Shown: in pieces, positions 56,846-64,000 of the stretch
How positions within the stretch are numbered: the first letter of the stretch is position 1
Layout of the letters: each line of letters starts with the position of its first letter
Source of the DNA: an uncultured Acidobacteriota bacterium
GTDB taxonomy: Bacteria > Acidobacteriota > Blastocatellia > Pyrinomonadales > Pyrinomonadaceae
Length of the DNA stretch: 64,000 nucleotides
Reading direction: 5' to 3'
Assembly: GCA_963726075.1 (NCBI GenBank)
Contig: CAVSAQ010000002.1
Coordinates: 607,868 to 671,867 of the forward strand
Translations under genes and position numbers: made by a program
Notes under the pieces: model-generated
What the model was told of the DNA's origin: nothing
The model's database searches: none
Seen by the model: the letters and a program-made list of their open reading frames with translations, nothing else

Positions 56846-57385
56846 ATGGATATCAAAACACAGGCGATGGCCATGCCGAGGGACATGAGTCAGTTGCCGC
56901 AAGGTAAGTACGGCCCAATATTTCCCAAGACACCGGCAAACTACGGATTCAGCATTCTGGCGAAGATAAAACCCGGACGTGAGCCGATCTTTTACGAGTA
57001 CGCGCAGAGTATCGAGTCGGCGGTTGCCGAGACACCGGACTGCCTCGCACCGCTCAAGCTTCACTACCTGCGGTGGATACTCTTTCCCATTGACGGCGAG
57101 ATCTACTTTATGTACCAAGGGATCTTTGACACGGATTTCGACAAGTACACGGAGGATGCTGTAGCCCTTTTTGGGGCGACGGGCTTGAAGACCGTTTTCG
57201 AGAATCTCGAGCGGTTTCCCGAGGACTGGCAGACCAACCCGGAGGCTTTCGTGAAGTTCGTCCGCGAGCACCACATGCCGAGCTTCCTTGAGATCGGCGA
57301 GTATCCGTTCGTCTCCTCCGATGAGATCAAGAGGGCCCTCAATGTTAAGGACGCATTGTCCACAATGCTCGACCACATGCAGTAG
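56846..57385 (+). CDS. conserved hypothetical protein, paralogue A (YQGIFDTDFDKYTEDA motif)
   Basis: 179 aa; roughly 70 percent identical by eye to the next gene; strong RBS AAAAGGAGG. Confidence 0.6.
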   Translation: MDIKTQAMAMPRDMSQLPQGKYGPIFPKTPANYGFSILAKIKPGREPIFYEYAQSIESAVAETPDCLAPLKLHYLRWILFPIDGEIYFMYQGIFDTDFDKYTEDAVALFGATGLKTVFENLERFPEDWQTNPEAFVKFVREHHMPSFLEIGEYPFVSSDEIKRALNVKDALSTMLDHMQ

Positions 57386-57414
57386 GACGCCAGGAGAAAA
57401 CCGGAGATAAAAAT

Positions 57415-57954
57415 ATGACGATCAAACCACAAGCGATGGCTATACCGAAGGACACCTCAGGTCTACCTCAGGGTAAGTACGGCCCCATTTATCCGAGGAC
57501 ACCAGCTTGTTATGGGTTCAGTCTTGTAGCCAAGATCAAACCAGGCCGTGAGGATGCCTTCTACGAGCATGGTAAGAGGATGGAGGCCGCCGTGACGAAA
57601 ACACCGGATTGCCTTGCGGTGCTCAAACTGCATTTCCTGCGCTGGCTCCTCTTCCCGATCAACGGCTCAACCTACTTCATGTACCAGGGGATATTCGATA
57701 CTGATTTTGATAAGTACACAGAGGATGCCGTTGCAATCTTCGGGTCAACGGGCCTTACCACGGTGTTCGAGAATCTCGAAGGGTTCCCGGAAGACTGGGC
57801 GACAAACCCTGAGGCGTTCGTGAGATACGTGCGAGCTTGCCAGGTCCCGAGCTTCCTCGAGTATGGCGAGTACCCATACGTATCAGCCGACGAGATCAAG
57901 AAGGCGCTGAATGTAAGGTCTGCGCTGTCAAACATGCTGGATCAAATGCAGTGA
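57415..57954 (+). CDS. conserved hypothetical protein, paralogue B
   Basis: 179 aa tandem duplicate of 56846..57385 (shared LPQGKYGPI, KIKPGRE, YFMYQGIFDTDFDKYTEDAVA, FPEDW). Confidence 0.6.
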   Translation: MTIKPQAMAIPKDTSGLPQGKYGPIYPRTPACYGFSLVAKIKPGREDAFYEHGKRMEAAVTKTPDCLAVLKLHFLRWLLFPINGSTYFMYQGIFDTDFDKYTEDAVAIFGSTGLTTVFENLEGFPEDWATNPEAFVRYVRACQVPSFLEYGEYPYVSADEIKKALNVRSALSNMLDQMQ

Positions 57955-57986
57955 CCTGCGGTTTCTGAGAAAAGTGAGATTAAGTC

Positions 57987-58994
57987 ATGGGCAACGCAGC
58001 GCGCACTTACAACCAGGATCATATCGCGCGCAAATACGCGCCGGGCAAACGGCGCTTGAGTATCTACTGGAGCTGGAGCTACGCATGGGAATCGCAACGC
58101 GATTTAACCGAAATGGAGAATCGTTTTTCGACCATGACCGAAGTGCGCCGGGTGGCGTGGCCGAATTATGAAAAGCCCGAGTGGGGTTCGGCGGAATTTC
58201 TACAAGGCATTGCCGGGACGCTCGAATTATTCCATCGCTCGGCTTTGAGCTTTCAGCAGATCGCAGGTGAAGCGACAGGACATCCAGTTGCGGTTTTCCA
58301 GCGTATAGATCAGGCAGGATACAAGCAGCCCATCGACGCACGTATTCTCGATGATTGCGACACGCTGCTCGTGTTTGGGCTAGACCATCTCGCCTCAGGC
58401 GAGGAAGCTGCGCCGGAAGAAATAGATGCGATCAATGAATGGTTAAAGCGTGAAGGCACTTGCTTGCTGCTCGCTCCTCATCATGACGTTGGCTTTACGG
58501 ACGACTTACCGCAGCGGCAGATCGAATACAAGCATCACGGCGATGCCCTTGTACCGCGCCAACAACGATTCAGCTCCTACGCGCGTTCGTTATTGAAGGC
58601 GCTCGAGATTCCGGTCTGGAACAGTTGGGGTTTGCGGCCGGCACTTGTCGACGGCACGCGCGACATCGCGCCGCTCACCTCTTTCAGAGATCTGGACAAG
58701 CTCGGGCTGCTCAACAACGTGCCCACCCTCAATTTTCATCCACATCTGCCCCATTACGAGCTTACCAGCGACAACGGGAACGCGGTCCAAGTGCTGGCGC
58801 GCCAACCGATCGATCCTAATCGACCGCACCCGTTCACCGCAGCGGGTAACACCGAATTTAACTGCTTGCTCTGGCTGCCGCCGGCCGGCGATCGTGCGGG
58901 CGACATCGTGATGGTCGATTCGACGAATTTCACAACTTTGTTTGGCGGTACGGACAGCCTGAAAAACTTTTGGAAAAATCTGGCCACGATGTGA
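57987..58994 (+). CDS. hypothetical protein (possibly class-I glutamine-amidotransferase/ThuA-like fold)
   Basis: Long ORF 32 nt after paralogue B; DTLLVFGLDH...CLLLAPHHD pattern; family assignment uncertain. Confidence 0.5.
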   Translation: MGNAARTYNQDHIARKYAPGKRRLSIYWSWSYAWESQRDLTEMENRFSTMTEVRRVAWPNYEKPEWGSAEFLQGIAGTLELFHRSALSFQQIAGEATGHPVAVFQRIDQAGYKQPIDARILDDCDTLLVFGLDHLASGEEAAPEEIDAINEWLKREGTCLLLAPHHDVGFTDDLPQRQIEYKHHGDALVPRQQRFSSYARSLLKALEIPVWNSWGLRPALVDGTRDIAPLTSFRDLDKLGLLNNVPTLNFHPHLPHYELTSDNGNAVQVLARQPIDPNRPHPFTAAGNTEFNCLLWLPPAGDRAGDIVMVDSTNFTTLFGGTDSLKNFWKNLATM

Positions 58995-59087
58995 AGAAGC
59001 GATGGAGCGGCCTCGGATTTGAGGTGGTACGTGGTCACGTTTGCGGCGGCTTTGCCGCAAAAGTGCCGAACGCGGTTCAGAGGAGAG

Positions 59088-59292
59088 CGACGCGTAGCGT
59101 CGTGATGAATTTAGCCCGGCCTTTGAAGGCCGGGATTAAGTCGTCCAAAACTTTTGCTGCGTCGCGCTAGCGACGCAATGAGACCAAGGACCAGGGTTTC
59201 ATTCCATCGTCGCTACGCGACGGACGATCGTTGTGACTCCAGCTACCCGGCCTTAAAAGGCCGGGCTAAATTCACGTCGACGCTACGCGTCG
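59088..59292. repeat. pair of inverted REP-like elements
   Basis: 59088..59134 (CGACGCGTAGCGTCG...TTTAGCCCGGCCTTTGAAGGCCGGG) and its reverse complement at 59246..59292, plus extra small hairpins between. Confidence 0.75.
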
Positions 59293-59356
59293 GCTTTTCG
59301 GAGTCGTCGCGACTTTTGAAACTAAACTGCTCGCGGCGTTTTCGCGATTGAGATCT

Positions 59357-60670
59357 ATGCTCGAACTCGACGACATACAAAGCGGGGTATTGCGTCCACG
59401 GCCGTCGCCTTATGTGGCGACGTACATCGCGCTCCGGATCGACGACCGCCAGGCTGGACGTGCGTTGATGCAACGCATATCGAACGCAATAACTTCAGCA
59501 GCACACCCCGAAAGTCCGTTGGCCGATACCTGGGTAAGTACGGCGTTGACTTACCAGGGCCTGAAGGCGTTGGCCGTGCCGGAAGAGTCGCTCAGTAGTT
59601 TGTCCTGGGAGTTTCGCCAGGGGATGGCGGCTCGCGCCAAAGAGTTGGGGGACGTCGGCGAAAGTGATCCTCAGAATTGGGAGAAGCCGTTGGGGAGTTC
59701 AGATGTCCACGTGATCATCGTAGCCGTCTCACCTGACGCTGAACGACTCGAGGCGGCGGTCGCGAGGGCACGCGAAACCTACCAAACGATGACAGGCATT
59801 GAAGCCATCTGGCGCCAAAACTGTCATGCGCTGCCAAACGAGAAAGAGCCCTTTGGCTTCCGCGATGGAATCAGCCATCCCGCGATCGTGGGCAGCGGCA
59901 TTCCCGGAACAAATCCCCACGAACAGCCACTCAAAGCGGGTGAATTCGTGCTCGGCTACAGGGACGAACTCGGCGGCGTGCAAAAGACCACGCCTGAAGT
60001 GCTCGGACGCAACGGCACTTACGTTGTTTTTCGCAAGCTTCATCAACGGGTTGCCGACTTCCGCCGCTTTCTCAAAACCAGTTCAAACTCTTCCGACGAC
60101 GAAGAATTGCTGGCGGCGAAGATGATGGGCCGGTGGCGCAGTGGAGCCCCGCTCGCCCTCTGTCCATTCCATGACGATCCACATCTCGGGGCAGACCCGA
60201 AACGGAACAACGCTTTCATGTTTGAGGAAGATGACAAGGCTGGTTTGAAGACACCGGGTGGTTCACATATTCGCCGCACCAACCCACGTGACGCCTCGAT
60301 CGCCGGCGTTGCTCGCATCCATCGAATGATTAGGCGAGGTACAGCCTACGGTCCCTTGCTGCCCGAAGGGGCCCTGGATGACGACGGCGCCGATCGCGGA
60401 ATCATCTTCGCCTTCGTCGGTGCAAACATCAGCCGTCAATTCGAGTTCGTGCAGTCGCAGTGGATTAACGACGGAATTTTTTTTGGGGCTGCCGACGATA
60501 AAGATCCAGTTATTGGATCAAACGGTGATGCCGGCAATTTTACTGTACCGCGCAAACCGGTTCGGCGGAGGCTTCAGGGTATCCCAAACTTTGTAGTTAC
60601 GCGCGGCGGCGAATACTGCTTCATGCCCGGCCTGCGCGCCTTGCGCTGGCTCGCCGACCTTCAGACGTAG
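59357..60670 (+). CDS. DyP-type (dye-decolorizing) heme peroxidase
   Basis: LDDIQSGVL N-terminus, EPFGFRDGISHP (GxxDG), RRGTAYG, FEFVQSQW motifs. Confidence 0.85.
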   Translation: MLELDDIQSGVLRPRPSPYVATYIALRIDDRQAGRALMQRISNAITSAAHPESPLADTWVSTALTYQGLKALAVPEESLSSLSWEFRQGMAARAKELGDVGESDPQNWEKPLGSSDVHVIIVAVSPDAERLEAAVARARETYQTMTGIEAIWRQNCHALPNEKEPFGFRDGISHPAIVGSGIPGTNPHEQPLKAGEFVLGYRDELGGVQKTTPEVLGRNGTYVVFRKLHQRVADFRRFLKTSSNSSDDEELLAAKMMGRWRSGAPLALCPFHDDPHLGADPKRNNAFMFEEDDKAGLKTPGGSHIRRTNPRDASIAGVARIHRMIRRGTAYGPLLPEGALDDDGADRGIIFAFVGANISRQFEFVQSQWINDGIFFGAADDKDPVIGSNGDAGNFTVPRKPVRRRLQGIPNFVVTRGGEYCFMPGLRALRWLADLQT

Positions 60671-60683
60671 GGGACGCCGCCCG

Positions 60684-61613
60684 ATGACGCGAAGTCTCAG
60701 CGCCCGACTGCTAACCTCCGCTATGCTGGCCGCCACATGCTGCTTCACACTCACACGCACGACGAGTGCGCAGAACCGAGGCGTCTATCCGCTCGGCATG
60801 AGCGCCACTAACTCGGGTGTGACACCCGAGCCCGGCTTTGTGTATGTGAATCAGCTGCTGATTTACACGCGCGATGAATCGAAGGGGCCTGACGGTGAGG
60901 TGTTGGGTACGGGGAACAACTCGGTCGTGATGGATATGAACACCCTCGCGTGGGTCAGCAAGAAAAAGATTCTCGGTGCGAAGTTCTCGATGACGGCCAC
61001 GGTGCCGGTTGCCAGAAACTCGCTTACCTCCGACGTCACCGGCCCTGTCAGTGGCGGGGGCGGTCTTGCCGATTCTTATTATCAACCATTCATTTTGGGT
61101 TGGCAGGAATCGCGTTTCGCCATCCGCGCGGTCTATGGTTTTCTCGCGCCCACTGGTCAATTTCGTAACGGCGCAAACGATAACGTCGGCTCCGGATATT
61201 GGACGCACGCATTCTCTTCAGGACAAACATTTTATCTAACCAAAAACAAAGCGACTTCGATCTCGGCATTTCAAATGTACGAAGTGCACACGACCCAGAA
61301 GAGTACCTCCATTCACCCTGGCGACACTCTTGATCTTGATTATTCGGTGATGCATTCGCTCTCGTTGGGAGGTGAGAAGCGCGTGCAGCTAGGGCTGGTG
61401 GGATACAACGCGAGGCAAACTACCGACAAAACCGGTCCGACGATCACGCCGGAACAGTCAAAGGCGCACTACAAAGTGAACGCGTTGGGTGTGGGCTCGA
61501 ACCTACACCTCTCGGCGAAAATCAATGTCGGTTTTAAGTATTTCAAAGAGTTTGCTAATCGCTCGACGTTCCAGGGACAGTCAATTCAGTTTTCAGGATC
61601 GTTCAAATTTTGA
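60684..61613 (+). CDS. outer-membrane channel of the MetA-pathway/phenol-degradation-like family
   Basis: Signal peptide; GYWTHAFSSGQTFYL and terminal FSGSFKF typical of this beta-barrel family. Confidence 0.65.
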   Translation: MTRSLSARLLTSAMLAATCCFTLTRTTSAQNRGVYPLGMSATNSGVTPEPGFVYVNQLLIYTRDESKGPDGEVLGTGNNSVVMDMNTLAWVSKKKILGAKFSMTATVPVARNSLTSDVTGPVSGGGGLADSYYQPFILGWQESRFAIRAVYGFLAPTGQFRNGANDNVGSGYWTHAFSSGQTFYLTKNKATSISAFQMYEVHTTQKSTSIHPGDTLDLDYSVMHSLSLGGEKRVQLGLVGYNARQTTDKTGPTITPEQSKAHYKVNALGVGSNLHLSAKINVGFKYFKEFANRSTFQGQSIQFSGSFKF

Positions 61614-61615
61614 AT

Positions 61616-63034
61616 ATGTTGGACGTGCTTGTTATCGGGGGTGGCCCAGCCGGCGTAGTTGCCGCCCTGCGGGCGGGGGATCTCGGCGCCAGTACTGCGC
61701 TGGTGACTGAGAGAGAATTTGGCGGCATGGCCGCCAATGATGGACCAGTGCCCGTGCGGACCCTTGCTCATGCTGCGCGTTTGATTCGCGATGCGCGGCA
61801 ACTTGGCCGCTACGGGATTCAGGTGGACGAACCACGATTGGATTACTCGCAACTGCTTGAGCGGGTCAGGGAAGTAGTTGACGACGTTCGCGTCCATTCA
61901 ACGTTCCGTTCACAGACTGACTCAGCAGGGGTTCAGATTCATGAGAATGTCGGGTTGGCTCGGTTCGTGGATCCGCACATGGTGGTGACTGCGAACGGTC
62001 TGACATTGCAATGCGACAAGATTATTCTTTGCCCAGGCGGTACCAGTAGAAGCCTCTCGGTTCCCGGCGCGGAATTGACGGCCACTCATAGCGACGCCTG
62101 GGGCCTCGACTCAGTGCCGCAGTCCATCATCGTGATTGGGGGCGGCGCCACTGGAGCGCAAGTAGCATCTGTGTTCAACGCATTCGGTGCGAAAATCCAG
62201 CTTTTCCAAAGTGGGCCGCGAATTCTGCCCACCGAAGACGAGGACGTTTCAGCAGCCGTAGCCGCAGCATTTCGCGAGTCGGGCATTGCGGTGCGAGAAG
62301 ACTTCGGAACCATCGAATCGTTTGAAAAGACTCCGTCAGGAATCCGAATGCATTTCTCGAAGAATGGAAATTGTGAATCTGCACAAGCAGCACTTGCGGT
62401 AGTGGCCATTGGTTGGGTCGCAAATACCTCGGCACTGGATCTCTCAAAAGCCGGCGTGGAAACCAATGCCCGAGGATTTGTCGGCGTGGATGAATTCCTG
62501 AGAACAAGTGCTGCGAATATATTTGCTGCAGGAGATGTTACGGGCCGACTCATGCTGGTGCCGCAAGCCATTCAGGAAGGATTCGTGGCGGCGACAAATG
62601 CAGTGCGGGGTTCAGCGACGAAGCTGCTGGATCAGCCCGCGCCGATTGGCAGCTTCACTGACCCTGAATACGCGCAGGTTGGCCTAACGGAAACTACAGC
62701 CAGAGAAAAGCATGATATCGCGACAGCCCGCGTCGACTTCAAATCCACTACTCGCATGATTATTGATGGGCGCACGACTGGGTTTTGCAAGTTGATCGCC
62801 GATCGGACCACGCGAAGGATTCTCGGTTGCCACGTAGTGGGCGAACGTGCTGTCGAGATTACTCAAATAGCCGCGGTCGCCATGGCCGGCAACCTGCGCG
62901 TTGATGACCTGGCCCAAGTACCGATTTCATTTCCCACCTACGCAGGCGTCCTCGGGCGCGTCGCCGCCATGGTCACCCGGCAGCTTAATCTTAATTTAGA
63001 TTGGCAGGGAAACCGCGCGGAAGACGCGCGTTAA
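61616..63034 (+). CDS. FAD/NAD(P)-dependent pyridine nucleotide-disulfide oxidoreductase homologue lacking the redox CxxxxC
   Basis: DVLVIGGGPAG and IIVIGGGATG dinucleotide folds; the site GGTCxNxGCxPSK reads GGMAANDGPVPVRT; overlaps the upstream stop. Confidence 0.8.
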   Translation: MLDVLVIGGGPAGVVAALRAGDLGASTALVTEREFGGMAANDGPVPVRTLAHAARLIRDARQLGRYGIQVDEPRLDYSQLLERVREVVDDVRVHSTFRSQTDSAGVQIHENVGLARFVDPHMVVTANGLTLQCDKIILCPGGTSRSLSVPGAELTATHSDAWGLDSVPQSIIVIGGGATGAQVASVFNAFGAKIQLFQSGPRILPTEDEDVSAAVAAAFRESGIAVREDFGTIESFEKTPSGIRMHFSKNGNCESAQAALAVVAIGWVANTSALDLSKAGVETNARGFVGVDEFLRTSAANIFAAGDVTGRLMLVPQAIQEGFVAATNAVRGSATKLLDQPAPIGSFTDPEYAQVGLTETTAREKHDIATARVDFKSTTRMIIDGRTTGFCKLIADRTTRRILGCHVVGERAVEITQIAAVAMAGNLRVDDLAQVPISFPTYAGVLGRVAAMVTRQLNLNLDWQGNRAEDAR

Positions 63035-63154
63035 GAGCCTCAGCGAGCCTTGGGTAACTGGCTTTTATGCAGTCCTGGGCGAGTTGTGTTTGTGGTGCGC
63101 GTGGCCGGCAACGTCGCATCGTGACCATCCAGGGCGGCGCCAGGGAATTCTTCA

Positions 63155-63961
63155 TCAGCGCGACGCATCCGCGGCGATCGAGTTGCGCAGATCAACCAGA
63201 GGTTGTTGAGAGACTTTCATGATGCCGCTGCCAGGACGATCGAGCGAGACGATCAGGGCGAACACCAGGGCGAAGGCCAGAGCCAGGGCCGGCCGCCTCA
63301 GGGAACGTTTAGACCCCGCGATCTTTGTCTGATAGCCCAGGCTGATCATGCCGAGAATCGTGATACCAAGCAGCACCACCCAAACTTCACCTGGAATTCG
63401 CGCTTGAATCCCAATCGCCACCCTCGACGCGTGGATCCCGAATACCTCATTCAGTGATTCGATGTATAGTGCGGCCACGTCTGAGTTCATGTCCTTTCCA
63501 GCGTTCGCGACCGCCATGTTCCACAGGCGGTCTTGCATTTGTTTTGTCTCGAACAGTGCACTCGCGACGCGCTCGGCTTCGACATTCTTCCCTGCTGTGA
63601 ACGCCAACCGCTGGTCAACATATTGGCTTAACAACGCCTTCGCTTCGGCGCGATCCGTTTCCGGCAGAAAGTCCGCTCGCTGCCAGGCGGTCCGGATGGC
63701 GATGGCATCTTCCAGCACCAGTGCTTTTTTGGCGTTATAGCGGTCCGACACGATACCGAACGTGAAAGCCAGCATAAAAGCCGCCAACCCGAGGATCGCG
63801 CCCGCGCCGGTGGAGTCGGATACTTCATCATCTTCCGCGGAGCGGCGGCGGCGGATAGCGTGCGCAAGCCAATACCCGGCTTCGATCGCGGCCACCACGA
63901 TCAAGAACGTGGCGGCGAACGCAACCCAAATGGGAATGACATCCATGACATTTCCGATCAT
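63155..63961 (-). CDS. DUF4239-like membrane protein
   Basis: N- and C-terminal TM pairs around a soluble helical region (DRYNAKKALVLEDAIAIRTAW). Confidence 0.6.
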   Translation of the reverse strand: MIGNVMDVIPIWVAFAATFLIVVAAIEAGYWLAHAIRRRRSAEDDEVSDSTGAGAILGLAAFMLAFTFGIVSDRYNAKKALVLEDAIAIRTAWQRADFLPETDRAEAKALLSQYVDQRLAFTAGKNVEAERVASALFETKQMQDRLWNMAVANAGKDMNSDVAALYIESLNEVFGIHASRVAIGIQARIPGEVWVVLLGITILGMISLGYQTKIAGSKRSLRRPALALAFALVFALIVSLDRPGSGIMKVSQQPLVDLRNSIAADASR

Positions 63962-64000
63962 CCTCGCAAGGGTCGTGCGGTGATCCTTACCTGAAGTGTG

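Noticed and set aside
59734-59765. A GGTC-containing GC-rich segment with TGA triplets about 15-20 nt upstream lies inside the DyP gene and resembles the SECIS arrangement.
   Set aside because: Both TGAs are out of frame (the reading is SPDAERLEAAVARA), and the flanking bases do not form a clean stem around GGTC.
59357-60670. The DyP peroxidase could be an encapsulin cargo protein.
   Set aside because: No encapsulin shell gene is nearby, and the C-terminus (...LRALRWLADLQT) shows no typical cargo-loading peptide.

Overview
This is a moderately GC-rich chromosomal window with about 55 protein genes. By gene content it looks like a soil Acidobacteria-type genome: a DUF3300/DUF2950 pair, coiled-coil DcaP-like porins, HEAT+PQQ propellers and REP-like palindromes. 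This taxonomic call is inference only.

Recognisable content:
- LysR regulator plus two CMD/AhpD-like genes, and two ABC1/UbiB kinases.
- A catalase-related heme protein and phnDCE.
- Four porins, a secreted glutaminase, an amidohydrolase and a Tat-signal L-serine dehydratase.
- aqpZ, and an MFS-pta-ackA-pflB-pflA fermentation operon.
- A Ca2+/H+ exchanger, a PP2C phosphatase, an AI-2E transporter and a BASS transporter.
- A DyP peroxidase cluster.

Four things stand out:
1. A selenium theme that the ORF track hides. selD itself has an in-frame UGA at 15734. A CMD/AhpD-like protein reads C-R-Y-U-T-G-A-H through the UGA at 2263. A lipoprotein-signal PQQ-like beta-propeller reads through a UGA at 18811. 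The latter two carry the same CGC-GGUC-GCG hairpin apex exactly 17 nt after the UGA, and a fourth copy of that hairpin abuts the RBS of the CMD operon.
2. selD, a B12-radical-SAM gene, the Sec-propeller and a secreted cupin sit together. An MddA-like methyltransferase lies upstream, and the block ends at a tRNA-Gly 3' fragment.
3. A 16-bp palindrome, CTGTCA-N4-TGACAG, occurs at least 13 times, always intergenic. A TAnnnT hexamer lies 22-24 nt beyond it, and it sits in front of porin, envelope and amino-acid-fermentation genes.
4. An uncharacterised operon combines tandem paralogues, a DyP peroxidase, an outer-membrane channel and a flavoprotein that lacks its redox cysteines.

Caveats: three genes are broken by single-nucleotide frameshifts, so indel errors in the assembly are possible. 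No selA, selB or selC is visible in the window. All family calls come from motif recognition, not from searches.
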